64,000 nucleotides of DNA from the human T2T-CHM13v2.0 reference genome, Homo sapiens, in the NCBI RefSeq assembly GCF_009914755.1, contig NC_060926.1; one strand, 5' to 3'. A program made the position numbers and the translations under genes. The notes under the pieces are model-generated. The model did not search any database. It was not told the origin of the DNA and saw only the letters and a list, made by a program, of their open reading frames with translations. Below, piece by piece: positions 1-13,820 of this stretch. The first letter of the stretch is position 1. Each line of letters begins with the position of its first letter.

Positions 1-959
1 ATGTGAATTAAAATGATGAGTGAGGTTTTGGTCATTAAAACAAAATGACTAAAGATACCTTAAAGTTGAGTGGGAAATCCACTGCTTCACTAAAACCGCT
101 TCACTTATTCACTTCTATTCCTGAAATTCTTTAAGCTATATAAATGCATTTGGTTCTGCTACTCCTGGTTTGCCACCTTTTTGTCATTTTTAAGGAGTTT
201 CAAAAATAACTTGTCTAATAACACCTACAGCTTGTCAGAGATACTCTTACTGATTTTGTTTTTTCAAATCCTCAAAATGACAAAGACCTAAGGCACCCAA
301 ATAGATGCAGAAATTCCCAAAAGAGTTTTGAATTGTAGGTAATTTAGACCATCCCTTGGCTGGACCTGAAGAGAAAATAATAGCTACCTAGAAAGGCAGT
401 GAAGTGTGATGAGAACTTTGAGTTTAATATGTGTCCCTGAAGACTTCAGTTTTGACCTCTAATGTGAGTTGATTCTCTATAAACAAGGACTTCATGTATG
501 ATAATATACCTCAGCTATTCATAGTGTGATAATTTCATAGTCTAATGCATAAAACTGATGGCTGTCTTTGATTATGTGAAACTTTACTGATAATGCATTT
601 CGTAAGGTGAATAAGTGATTATTTGGTAGGTGCATTTATTCTAGCTAAAACTGGAATTCAGGTGACTTTGAAGTTTGAATATTTAAACCAAAATTAAAAG
701 CTCATGACAACTGTTAATTTTTAGTTTTGAAAATAGCAATTTGAAGTAATAGTTTTATTCACTTGTAAGCCTTTATTATTAATGCTACATTACAGTTGGC
801 CTGAAAAATTCTCTTTAAGACTGAGGAAGTTATTGATCTTTACTGTATAAAAGGAAATCTGTGAGTTTTTTTATAGTTGTCTACTTGGAAACCATATTTA
901 TTAATAACATCAATGATGCTTCTGAAAGGAGTAACGTAAAAGACTTCCTGTGTATTCAC

Positions 960-2620
960 GTTTCCATCTCAACTCATTTCCCTTTGGCCTAAAGAACTTC
1001 CTTTAGCCTTTCTTGTCTTGCATTTCTGCTTGTAACAAATTCTCTCAGCTTTAGTTTATCTGAAAATATTTCACTTGTTTTTTTAAAGGATTTTTTTTTT
1101 GCTAGATATATAATTCAGGATTTACAGGTGTGCATTTTTTTCTTTCTGTATTTTAAAAGATGTCATTCATTGTCTTCAGATCTCCGTTGTTTCTGTTGAT
1201 AAGGCAGACATCATGTGCATTCTTCTCATTATGTAATGTGTCTTTTCTTTGGCTGCTTTTCAGATTTTTCTCTAGCTTTCAGCTGTTTTATTCTGGTGAG
1301 CCTAAGTATAATTTTCTTTGCATTTAACCTGCTTAGGGTTCACTGAGATTCTTGGAATGTAGGTTGATGTTTTTGTCAAAATTGGGAAATTTTCAGCCAT
1401 TAATTCTTTAAGTTTTTTTTTCTGCCCCAAACTCTCTTTTCTCCTTCTAGGACTTGAATTAAACACATAGGATCACTTTATTATTTTGCAGATTACTGAA
1501 TCTGTCTTCATTTTTTAAATCTTTTTTCCCTGTATTCTTGTAATCAGAAATTTTTATTAATGCCTTCAAATTTAGTGTTCTTTGTCCTATAGACTACAAT
1601 CTATTGTGAAGCCCTTGCAAATTTGTTTTTATTTCCAATCCTTGAATTTGGTTCCTTTTATATATTCCATGTTCCTATGAGATTCTCCATCTCTTCACTC
1701 CTTATATACATCTTTTTCTTTAAGTCTTTGACACATTTATCATAACCATTTAAAATATTTCCTCTGATAAGTTCAACATCTGGGGTGAGTCTGGGTCTGT
1801 TTCTATTGGTTGCCTTTTTTACATATTTATAAGTCATATGTTTCTGTTTCTTCTCATGTTTAGTCATTTTAAATTATATACTGACGGTTGTAGATGATAC
1901 ATTATAGGGAATCTGGATTAAGTTGTCTCCTGTTAGGGTGCTGAGTTTTGTTGTGGCAGAGAACTAAATTACTGGCAGATCCTTTCAATCCCATCAAGAT
2001 TGGTTTTGTTCATTGTTAGGTCTAGTTCATATTTCTTTTAAGCCTTAGAACATGATCCTTACCCCTAAAAGTTGGCCTTTGTGGAGTCTTGACTAAATTC
2101 CCAAGGTGTTCAGTGAGGTCTGCACTCTGACTAGGCTGGGAGTCCACATCACCTGGTACCTGTTCAGCCTTGAGCCGTGCAGCAGCCACTTTCCACCAGA
2201 CCTGTGCATGTGCCCTACAGCTCAGGGTGCAACTAAGGACTTCGGATAGTCCACACGCAAACCCGGAGAATCACCTCTGCTTAGCTCCCTTGTCTCCAGT
2301 ACTCTGCCTTGCACATTCTAACCACTTTGGCACCCACAAATTCCACTCGCTCCCTGCCTCAGCTCACTAAATCCCTCACATACTACTTGGCCTCAGCTTC
2401 CTGTGTCTTGGTCCAGAAAGTGCCCTCAGGCAGAAAGCCAAGTAAACATGGGACTCGTGGATGTTTCCCTCCTCTCAAGGATTATATTCTTGTGTTGCCT
2501 GTTTTCGAGGGTCTAAAAACAGTTTTCTCCTACATTTAGCTAAATTCACTTTTATAATTGTTTATGGTGGGAGGGCGAAATCCAGTACGAGTTACTCTAT
2601 CATGGCTGGAAACAGAAGTC
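960..2620 (-). mobile_element. Old L1 (L1M-type) fragment, antisense
   Basis: T-rich; typical antisense L1M segments (ttctctcagctttagtttatctgaaaat, ttgggaaattttcagccatta). Confidence 0.7.
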
Positions 2621-3129
2621 TGGGCTTAGGTTATACTGAAGCAAATCCTGGCAGGCATTGATGCCATCCAGCCAGCCTACAAATTGATAGCAGTTTTTCG
2701 AGGGTAAATTTCTACTGAATTTTCATCGAGGTTGGAGTTGAAGCCAAGCAAGCCTAATTGCCCAGCTCTGGCAGGAGCCCACCCTCGGGGCTGTCTGGCC
2801 CTCATGGCACCGGGGATGTCAGGAAATCTTGACCCTCAGTGTCCCATTTAAAGAGGACAAAAATGTGTATTTGTAATGATTGTGAGTCATCAAAGAAAGA
2901 GTAAATCACACTCCTTGCACTCTGTTAATTACAACAGAGATTTACATAATAGGCTTTAGACAGATTTTCTGAGAAACGATTGATAACAGTTTCAATATAT
3001 AAAAGGAAAACTATTTGTTACCAGGAATTCATCTATTTAGAATAGCTCATTTTTTAGGGATGATGAATATTAATAAAACATCTGTGTCAGAAGTAAAAAT
3101 ATATAAAATATTTTAGTATTCATCATCAT

Positions 3130-3290
3130 ATTTAATCATCACAACCAACCAGTGAAGATTGAAATATTAGTTTCATTGATCTTGTTTTACAGTTGAGGAA
3201 ACTGAAGCTCCAAATAATTAATTGGTTTTCAAAATCACACAGAAATGGAAGGACCCAAGACTGAAACCCAGGCAATCTAACTCCATATTC
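3130..3290 (-). mobile_element. MIR SINE
   Basis: MIR core tttacagttgaggaaactgaagctc and cccaggcaatctaactcc. Confidence 0.7.
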
Positions 3291-4135
3291 TATGCTTTTT
3301 CTGCTGTTATCCTGCCTCCCTTGGCATTTGCTGTATTCTTAATGGCTGTTAGTGACATCACCCTCCAGCCTGTTCACCAAGCCAGAAACTCCATCTCACA
3401 CCTGACTTCAGTTTTTAGATCATCTGGCTGCTGTATAAAGAATGGATTGGGGGTGCAGGTGGGGTGAGGGGATAATATTAGAAGCAGAGAGAACATGTAG
3501 GAAACTGTTAGACTCTTCTGGGCAAAATGGAGAAAATGAATGGATTTGGTATATGTTAAATATTTTGTAGATAGTCAACAGAACTTGCTGATGGATTCCA
3601 TGAGGGAAGATGAAGAAAAGAGAGGAATCAAAGAGAAGTCTATTTCGTTTCAAGCAGATGTATAGATTCCTGTGCAGATAGTGGGTAATCTGCATGACAC
3701 CCATCTTTTTGTATTCTAGGGCATTCTTTCCTTGGCCACTAGAGTTATCGTCTGTATAAATGTGACTATGTCACATCCTCTTACTCTCCTGCTTCACAGC
3801 CTTCATTCCTTATGTGTAGGCACACATATAGACCACCTGGGTTTCACTAACCTCTATCACTAATTACTAATCCTGAGTTCCTTATCTGTATCTAATGTTA
3901 TTTTAATAGTGCTTACCTCATGAGGCAACAGTAAAGGTAAATGAGATAATGAAGGTAAAGTTCTTGGCACAAAGCCTGATATAAGTAAACTCAATAAAGG
4001 ATAACTCCTGTTATTGGTATTAAGACTAAACTTTTTAGTTTGGCAGAGAAGACCCTGTAAATAGAATCGTATCTTACCAATATTTGTATCTCCAGCACCA
4101 TAGCACAGTAAGAATTCACTAACTGAATGCATGAG

Positions 4136-4166
<31 letters not shown>

Positions 4167-4186
4167 CGTGTGTGTTTGCGTGTGTG
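4136..4186. repeat. (TG)n/(TGCG)n microsatellite
   Basis: Directly visible alternating purine-pyrimidine tract. Confidence 0.95.
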
Positions 4187-4599
4187 CACACAGGTGTGGG
4201 ATGACATGCCCCTTTGCAGGGGTCTAACAAGTTAATACATGGAGACTTCCCAGATCAAGAGAGACTCTAAGGCTTCAAAAACCAGGCAGGAGAATTATCA
4301 CTCGGTCATTAATTTTAAAGATAATTTTAAAGGTTTACTCAGTATGAATTCTTTTTTTTAATAAACAACTAACTTTATCCTGTAATCAGAGTCTGCATAT
4401 TTGTTGTTCTGTGAGCCATTTTCTAACAATCTGCTTTTCACATAATATAAGCACAAACTCACATTTAACAAGAATTCCAAACAGTACACCAATCAGATGA
4501 CATTAGAAAATCCTGAAAATGGATGTTAGCTGAAAAAAAGGAAAGTATAAAAGTATATATACATAGCATGATTATATATTCATTGTTCAAAAAAATGGT

Positions 4600-4800
4600 A
4601 TAGCATAGTGTTGGAGGGCACAGACTCTGAAGGCAGGGTACCGCTTCGCAGTTTACAGCCACGTGGCCAGGCGCATGGCCTTTCTGCCTCAACTTCCATT
4701 TCTCTAAGGTTGCCGTAAGAATAAATTAATAAATATATATAAAATGCCTGGAATAGTGCCTGACACAGGATAGGGGTTTATGAAATATTAACTACTATTT
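4600..4800 (+). mobile_element. MIR SINE
   Basis: gcatagtg...cacagactctg...tctgcctcaacttcc...tagtgcctgacacag. Confidence 0.6.
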
Positions 4801-5446
4801 AATAATAACCCAGTTTTATGGAAAAAATTCCAAACTCACACATGTGTGCACATTTGCACACATATATAGAAAAACAGGAAATGTCAGCAGTAATCCTGAA
4901 TATAGGATGACTGGTCAAATACTTGTTTATAGTTTTCTGTGTTTCTGTGTTATACTCAAGAGCAACCATAAACATTGTTTCTTAAAAATCCTCAGGCCCA
5001 CAATGTTTGTGATTTCTAGGCTGACGCCAGCCCTGTCTGTTCCCACCAGCCCTTCCTCTCCCTTCAGGCATGACATCTCACTTCGCTACAGTGCACGTGT
5101 TTACCTGAGCCTTGCACCTGCAGATTTCTTACATAGGTAGAAAGACATAAAATTAGAATCAGGAGGAGGAACACGAGAGTGGAAGTTACTTATATTAAGA
5201 ATTTTCTTTGTTCCCCTGAATCTCTTTCTGTGCATCTGTGCGTCATGATTTCCTTAAGATCATAAGCATCTGGGCCTCTGCATATGTTCATCAGGGGGAA
5301 AAATTATTTAGGTATGTATTTTTTAGGATTTTTGTAACTTCCCATTTTTGTCTCAGCTGAGCTTTTTTTCCTTATACCAAGTGTTTTTTTCAGTGTATTT
5401 TTACAACATGGGCCTTCCTTTCTGAAGCCATGTTTTTCTCATGTAG

Positions 5447-5579
5447 GGAGTTTGCCTGGCGTGATCCTGAGTTGCCTGAGGTCATTCACATGCTTCAGCA
5501 CCAGTTCCCATCTGTTCAGGCAAATGCAGCGGCCTACCTGCAGCACCTGTGCTTTGGTGACAACAAAGTGAAGATGGAG
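5447..5579 (+). CDS. PKP4: PKP4 coding exon, 133 nt (R)[12 protein letters not shown]...DNKVKME, first ARM repeat
   Basis: Acceptor ttctcatgtag|G, donor GAG|gtacag; the [10 protein letters not shown] motif is typical of p120-family ARM1. Confidence 0.96.
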
Positions 5580-5874
5580 GTACAGGACATGGTGCCTGGG
5601 ATGACTGGGGAAAATAATGCCTTTGCATTTAACAGCCACGTGCTTCTGTATTTAAGAAATTACCCAGTGTAATTCAAGAGTCTTTTTAAAGGGATATTTT
5701 GATACCAGATACTCTTTCACTTAACTATGCATTTCAGTATCTCTCAGGAAAAACTAGGATACATATATTTCTTGGAGTGCTTTCAGCATTTTCAAATCGT
5801 ATGTCTACTTCATTAGCTTATTTATAAAACCATGAAGCAAAAATCAATTTAACTTGCATTTAAAAAATATTTTA

Positions 5875-6166
5875 GGCCAGGCACAGTGGCTCATGCCTAT
5901 AATCTCAGCACTTTGGGAGACAGAGGCTGGCAGATCACCTGAGGTCCGGAATTCAAGACCAGCCTGGCCAACATGGTGAAATCCCTTCTCTACTAAAAAC
6001 ACAAAAATTAGCTGGACATGGTGGTGCATGGCCTGTAATCCCCGCTACTCAGAAGGCTGAGGCGGGAGAATCACTTGAACCTGGGAGAAGGAGGTTGCAG
6101 TGAGCCGAGATCAAGCCACTGCACTACAGCCTAGGAGCGAGACTCTGTCTCAAAAAAAAAAAAAAA
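5875..6166 (+). mobile_element. Alu (AluS-like), full length
   Basis: ggccaggcacagtggctcatgcctataatc... two arms and a poly(A) tail. Confidence 0.97.
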
Positions 6167-6720
6167 TTATTAGGTTAAAAATTATAGTATTCATTGAACT
6201 AGTGAGCCAATGTGTTTTATGGGATTCTAGTCAGATTGGTGCCAACTATAAATAAGTTATAGAGGATTATAACCATCACTAATGCTGAACATACATGAAT
6301 ATTTTATTTCAGGGTTTTTTTGGTATTTATAGAAACATAGCAAGTTACTGGTTATTGGCTATAATTCTATATAACATATAGATTCTTTCTTTAACGTTTC
6401 AAGCCTTCTTCTGACCCACTGTGTTATATAAAACTGAAGTGTTTTTCATCATTTTAATGTGCATAACAGTATACCAGTTCCAGACCTAAAAGTGAATGTA
6501 GTACATAAAGCCCAGAAATACTCAAATAATGTACTAATGAATTGACAAATGGAAGAAAATTTAAGGAGAGTAGCCTAGAGAACTCATTCTAGAAACTAAA
6601 TAACTTAAGTCAAAAATTATTTCCTATATTGCCTCAAGCCCTGCAGATAGCTTTGCTATGTTTGTGTATTTGCACATTGCACTGCTGGAGTGAAAGCACA
6701 ATTCTTGATGTGTGTTCTGA

Positions 6721-7187
<467 letters not shown>

Positions 7188-7306
7188 TAACCTTTGAAAT
7201 GGTCTAGAGATATCCACATCCTGTGATCTCTCCATAACGGACTTCTGTTTGATCACTGATTAATTGCATGTTACTTAGGCCTGGTACCTAATATTTTTCA
7301 TTCTAG

Positions 7307-7520
7307 GTGTGTAGGTTAGGGGGAATCAAGCATCTGGTTGACCTTCTGGACCACAGAGTTTTGGAAGTTCAGAAGAATGCTTGTGGTGCCCTTCGAAACC
7401 TCGTTTTTGGCAAGTCTACAGATGAAAATAAAATAGCAATGAAGAATGTTGGTGGGATACCTGCCTTGTTGCGACTGTTGAGAAAATCTATTGATGCAGA
7501 AGTAAGGGAGCTTGTTACAG
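7307..7520 (+). CDS. PKP4: PKP4 coding exon, 214 nt [15 protein letters not shown]...EVRELVTG
   Basis: Acceptor ttttcattctag|GTG, donor ACAG|gtaggt; ARM motif ACGALRNL. Confidence 0.97.
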
Positions 7521-7879
7521 GTAGGTATAGAATGTGATCTCGTCCTAGAGGAAATGTTGAAAACAGTCTGGACTGTGCCCTTGTATAGTGGCACTATGGA
7601 AGAGTTGGAGGTTCCAGGTAATAGATAATGAGATATATATAGTGCTCACAACTGTGAAGGCTGAGAATTATTTAGTCTAATGAGTCAGAAACCGTTTAGA
7701 ATGCAGTCATCTCTATTAGTATAAGTTATTGTACTTATTAATTTGTAAATATCAGCTAACAGATGTCTTTTTCATGGAGGACTAAATATGACATTTTTTA
7801 CATGTATTTCATAGTAAATCTAGTTGTATTAAATAGACTATCCTATATTATGAAAATAAAATATACTTAATGGATTGGC

Positions 7880-8215
7880 AGTCTTTTACGTTAGCTCAGC
7901 TGGTGTCTGAGTGCCTGTTTGTATTCCCACGTACTTTACTAGGCCCCAGGGATAGAAAGATGAATAAAACTCAGTGCCTGCGCTTAAGTCACCCTCAGAT
8001 TGGTGAGGAACACAGGTGGTTTTGTGAGCGTCAGGGAAATGTGGCAAGTCTCACTCAACAGAGGTTGCATTGGGCACAGAGGATGGGTAACGAAGTTCCC
8101 TGGGTGACATGAAACTGAAGTTGGCCTAAGGGATGAGGAAGCATTGGCTGGATAGGCAGAGGTCTTTCTAGTTACAAGCTCCGAAACAGCATGGGATATA
8201 GTTCTGGAGCTACCA
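7880..8215 (-). mobile_element. L2 LINE fragment
   Basis: tgagtgcctg...ctaggccccagggatagaaagatgaataaaac, typical of an antisense L2 3' end. Confidence 0.6.
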
Positions 8216-8249
8216 GCAAGAGGGGGCTGCTGTGTTAAAACCTCGTGAG

Positions 8250-8562
8250 GGCCAAGTGTGGTAGCTCACACCTGTAATCGCAACACTTTGGGAGACCGAG
8301 GCAAGAGGGTCACTTGAGGCCAGGAGTCCAAGACCAACCTGGGCAACACAGGGAGACCACATCTCTACAAAAAATAAAAATAAGTAGCTGGATGTGGTGG
8401 CACATGCCTGTGGTTCCAGGTACTTGGGAGTCTGAAGTAGGGGGATCACTTAAGCCCAGGAGGTTGAGGCTGCAGTGAGCCATGATCACACCACTGCACT
8501 CCAGCCTGGATGACAAGTGAGGCCCTGTTTCAAAAAAAAAAAAAGAAAAAAAAAAGAAAACA
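8250..8562 (+). mobile_element. Alu (AluJ-like)
   Basis: AluJ-type segments gggcaacacagggagacc and ccatgatcacaccactg; A-rich tail. Confidence 0.95.
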
Positions 8563-8599
8563 AGGCCAGAGAGAGATAGAGTCTTCATTTAGGGAACTG

Positions 8600-8891
<292 letters not shown>

Positions 8892-9259
8892 TAGGGAACT
8901 TTTATAAGGAACTTAATTGTGTCCCACATGCAGTAGGGACACTGGGGTATGGCATGGCCAGTTCAGGCCTTTAAATGCCTTCTTCCAGCAGGCAGCAGGG
9001 TAGAGGATTGATTTGAAGTGGGAGAGCGTGGGAGGCCTATGAACAGACCAACAGTCTACTGATAACAGCTTGAACTATTTTAATGATGAAAAGGAAGAGT
9101 GGGGTGGAGCAGTCAGAGAAATATTTTGTGGTCTGGGCATGATGGTCGGAAGTGCGGAGTGAGAGAGAGGGAGAAGTGAGTAATGCCTGGATGTTGCAGT
9201 GCTAGTGGCTGGATTCAAGGATACTTGAGATTGAGCTGGAAGAATGGTTCTGCAGGAGG

Positions 9260-9760
9260 ACACATTGATGACAGCATTGCTTGTAATAATAATTCAGGGA
9301 AAATACTAAGAGTTCATTGACAAAAGAATGGTTACATCAATGGCAGTACTCTCACACAGTGAAACCACATACAGCAGTTAAAATAAGCACAGTAGACTAC
9401 ACATAACATAGATACATGCAGCTTTAGAAATACTTGCAGAATGATAACTACAGAGTAATACTATTTGAATAAAGTTTTTAAATATGTAGATTGATGTGGA
9501 TATATGCACATGCAATAAAGTTAAAATTTCTAATTGGAATAATAAAAATAGATTCAGGATAGGGGTTACCTCTGTGAAGAGGAAGGAGGAAAATGGGACT
9601 GGGGGTTGTATTCCACCTCTGTTTCTTTAGAGAACTCTGAAATACATAAGACAAAATGTTAATATTTGACAAAGCTGGCATACCTGGGTGTTTGTTTTAT
9701 ATTTTCTTTGCCTTTTTTCATGCTTGAGATATTTAATTTAAAATTTTAAAACAACATTTC
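9260..9760 (+). mobile_element. Old L1 (L1ME-like) 3' fragment
   Basis: acagcattgcttgtaata...gaatggttacatcaatgg...gggttacctctg, the layout of an L1M 3'UTR. Confidence 0.6.
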
Positions 9761-12700
9761 TTCAAAATTAATTTCATTCCCCCCAGGTTTCCACTGTGAA
9801 ATCAGAGTTGTAGTTTCTGTAACACTTGGGAATGAATAAACTATCCTGCATCCAATATTTAAGGGGAATCAACTTTCTCATAAGATATTAATGTTCAAAA
9901 TACAACATTAATATTCCCTTGTACTCTAAATAAAATACCAAAAGTAGAATATACGTTACAAATAATCATAAATCTGGAATGGACCATCTGCCTTAATGTA
10001 TTTTGACTATTAATGCTTTCGCGCTTCTAAATTAGTACTCCCACTTTCTAAAATGCTTTTGAGGCATCTCACCAAAAAACAAATTATAATTATTTTTGTT
10101 TACGTGTACATGTAGATATAAAATGAAAATTAGAGCAAGCTAAACAGAATTAAGAAAAAATAAAAATGTAGCTATGTTCATCCTAGAAGTCAACACAGTC
10201 ACTGTGATTACGCCCACAAATTTACCCTGAGCCTACTGTTAGGGAGGCATAGAGGAGACAGAATCATTTGCATTACATGAGTGCTTTCCTGCTTTGTCTG
10301 ATGTTTCTCTTCCCATCACTTTGAACTTCCTGTGTCATGTCCAGTTGTCTTCCCATAGTAACACCGTGCAGCCAGGAGGGCTGCAGTCGATCGTGTGCGC
10401 TACTCCCTGAGAGAGCAGTGGCGATCCAGGGACAAATGACATGGAAAACACAGCTTCTCCTCAAATTTAACTAGCCAGATTCATCATGACTCGATCCTTA
10501 CATCCTTAATGTGAAGCTTTTTCCTGCTCTTCTGTCCTCTCATAGGAGGAATGAGTCTTTTCTGAATTTCTGTTTGAGTTTTTTCCTTGGGAGAGACTAT
10601 TACAGTGCCTTTCCTGAGCTGAGCTCAAGGAATTTGTAAGATTTAGTGTTAAACAGGAAGAAAAGTACATGATTGTGTGCTCTTTTTTTGTTTACATTTA
10701 AAAATAAGTCAAAATTACTTTAAGTAGAGCCCGACTTTACTACCAAGGGCTTTTATGTACTAGGTTACCTGGAGCACACTCTGGAATTGAGTGCTAATTT
10801 AGATGATTTCCTCCTTATTTTATAGAGAACATAAGATGTTTTAACACATGGACCTTGGCCTTGAAAAGAGGATATAAGTGTTTTCTAATTCAAAAAGAGC
10901 TGTTTTCCTAATAGATCATATCAATCACTTCTAATGTAAAACTAAGAAGTACCTCTGATATTTGTCTTGAAAATATCTGCCGGTAGCTTTTAGGCTATAA
11001 GAAACAATTTTTTGCCATACTTATAGAGTAGGAGACATTAAGAATTGCTTTATAACTATATACTGTTACCACTAATCCTTTATTTTGACATGTGGACTGA
11101 TTATCAAATGTTTTCTTCAAAACATTGAAATGAGAGTGGTCAGTGGGTAAACACTTCATGCAATTGCCATAAGTAAAGTAGGTTGGACCAGAAGACTTCA
11201 GAAATGAGTTCCCAGTTCAAAAAGCCAAATGGCAGCTGTGTTTGATTTATACCTAAACATTGTCTAACTAACATGAAACAAGTCACAATATAAATCTAGC
11301 ATAGTTGCTTTTTTTGTGTGTGTACATATATTTATAGTCTAAGCTTTATAGAGACAGCAAAATTGCTCACATTTCCCAGTCCTACAATTTAGTGGTACCA
11401 ATCTTAACTGATGTTCAGTAATATTTTAAGGGTGATTGATCCTTGATACATATTAAAGCATGAAAACATCAAAAAATGCTTGAACTCTTCTTTCTTCTTT
11501 CATTAACTCTTCCTCACATCAAATGCTCAAGCCGTCTTTAATTGTAGCACAGGGTTGGGGGAGACCTCAGAACTCATTTTGTTCAGTCATCCATCCAGTG
11601 CATGAATCTCCTGTACAGTTTCCATACAAAGTAGCCGCCATCACATGCATGAACCCACAGCACAGGAAGCTCATTACCTGGTGGGGTTAAGTCTGGACAA
11701 CAAGGTTATCCAGAAAGCAGCAAGAAGTTATCTGATATAACTTGAAAAGGCAAAAAATACAGACCCTCAGGAGGTCATTTTTGCATAGGAATGGCCCTAC
11801 AAAAAGACCAGTTCCACCCTAGATCCAGCCACCAGCACTCCTAACCAAGGAAGTAAGCCCCCAGTCTGAACTGTCGTTAAAGCACGTCTGCTCTGAACTC
11901 AGGCTGAAGGTGCTGTGTGACCGTGTCACCCAGCATTCCCCATCAGGTGCCCATCTCCTATAAAGTCCCCTTTGAAAACAGAACATTAGCCTTAGATTTT
12001 AGTGTTCTGCTAGTATCATTCACAAATACCATGGCTAGCCTTGCACGGTGCTTGGCCTTTGTAGGTACACTCCACACATTCCTAAGTGAAAATTATAGTC
12101 AACTTAGGATCATGAGATGTTAAAATACAGTGAACCATTGTGTTCCAAATATTATATAATTTGAAGAAACTACTATGCCCTTGAAACTAGGAATTCTTTG
12201 ATTCTTAATATTAAGTAATTCAACCCAGTTATTAATCCAGTCTTTTTTTCTAGTTCCCTTTGTTTCAGTTTGGCAGTTTTTACTGTACTTAAGTGGAGAA
12301 ATTTTAGCTGTTTTTTATAAAGATGCCTTGCCTTTGCTTTAAACACAATAACTGCCCAGGGCCTATATTTTTGGCCACATCTTTATTTTCAGAGGGAAAA
12401 AAGGACTTTTCTTCAAATGTATTTTCCCAAGACAATATGGCTGTCATTGTTAATTAAAATGGTTCTCTAGTATGTAACATGATTCTTGTGTTTTCCTCAT
12501 TGTGTTGAACATTTTCCAGTTGAAACCTAATGAGCTTTTCTTTTAGTAAGTGCTGATATATGTGAGTGCTTAGGGTAATTTTTCTTTTATTCCAAAAGTA
12601 TTTTTTGCTGTTGTTGTACTTAAACTTGAAAGCTGGATGAAGTATGGTTGTTCCCCAGTTTGGTTATAAAATGAATGTCTGCTAGGCCACAAAGTATGGA

Positions 12701-13540
12701 GGACAGATGGGAACATCTTGTCACTAAAAAAGATATGTTGAACTCATTTGTTCAAAATAATTAAATAGTGTTTCTAAGCTAGGAAACATGAGTTTCAAGT
12801 TATTGAGCCTCCTGAAAACATCATTTTTTAAAACTATAGACATTGAAGATATTGCGCAAATCTGGAGGCCTGCTTTTTAATGTACGTACCAGATGTCCCC
12901 AACTGTCACACTTCTATTACCCTCTTAAATACCAAAAAGTAGCCTTTGTTCTTCGGTAATAATAGACTTTGTTCATATGACTGCTACATGTACATTTCTT
13001 CCAATTTAGTAAGTGATTATTCATCCATATAGCTAAGTAAAATATTTCCACTGTTTATTGTGAAATGTTTGGATGCCAGCAATGGATTCCAGACACTGCA
13101 GAACATGAAATGAAGTGTATTGTTTTCCTGATCATTAGCTCCATATTTTTAATTCGATGATAAATTAATAAGAAAATAATAGTTGTAACTAAGGAAGGGT
13201 AGATGGGCCAGGCTAAGGTTTAACAAAGGGCAGAACAGTCTGGCAAGAATTAGTCTTATATACTATAAAAAGCAGGAGCTTAGTGGACATGCCTTTTGGA
13301 CGATTACTTGCCGTTACAGGATGAAAACAGTTTACGAAGCATGTCCCCTTAGCCTAATTAATATGCCTTCAAAACAGGTCATTTATGCTCTGGTCCAGAG
13401 AGGAGTCAGTCCTACTGTTATGGGCCACTAGGGCTGTTAGAAGCTATGTGGGTCATTTTTAGAAATCTAGCAACATCTCCTCCCAATTCCCAGCCCAAAT
13501 CAGTAAGGATCCATGTCACTTGGTCCACTTTATAAAACAT

Positions 13541-13820
13541 AGCTGGGTGCAGTGGCTCACACCTGTAATCCCCACACTTTGGGAGGCCAAGGAAGGCAAA
13601 TCACTCGAGGTCAGGAGTTCAAGACCAGCCAGGCCAACATGGTGAAACCCCATCTCTACTAAAAATACAAAAATTAGCCAGGTGTGGTGGCACATGCCTG
13701 TAATCCAGCTACTAGAGAGGCAGGAAAATCGCTTGAGCCTGAAAGGCGGATGTTGCAGCGAGTCGACATCGCGCCACTGCACTCCAGCCTGGGCGACAGA
13801 GACTCTGTCTCAAAAAAATA
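13541..13820 (+). mobile_element. Alu (AluS-like)
   Basis: Alu consensus over both arms. Confidence 0.96.

Noticed and set aside
3860-4230. His/Thr-rich minus-strand ORFs
   Set aside because: Produced by the (CA)n microsatellite and adjacent MIR-like sequence
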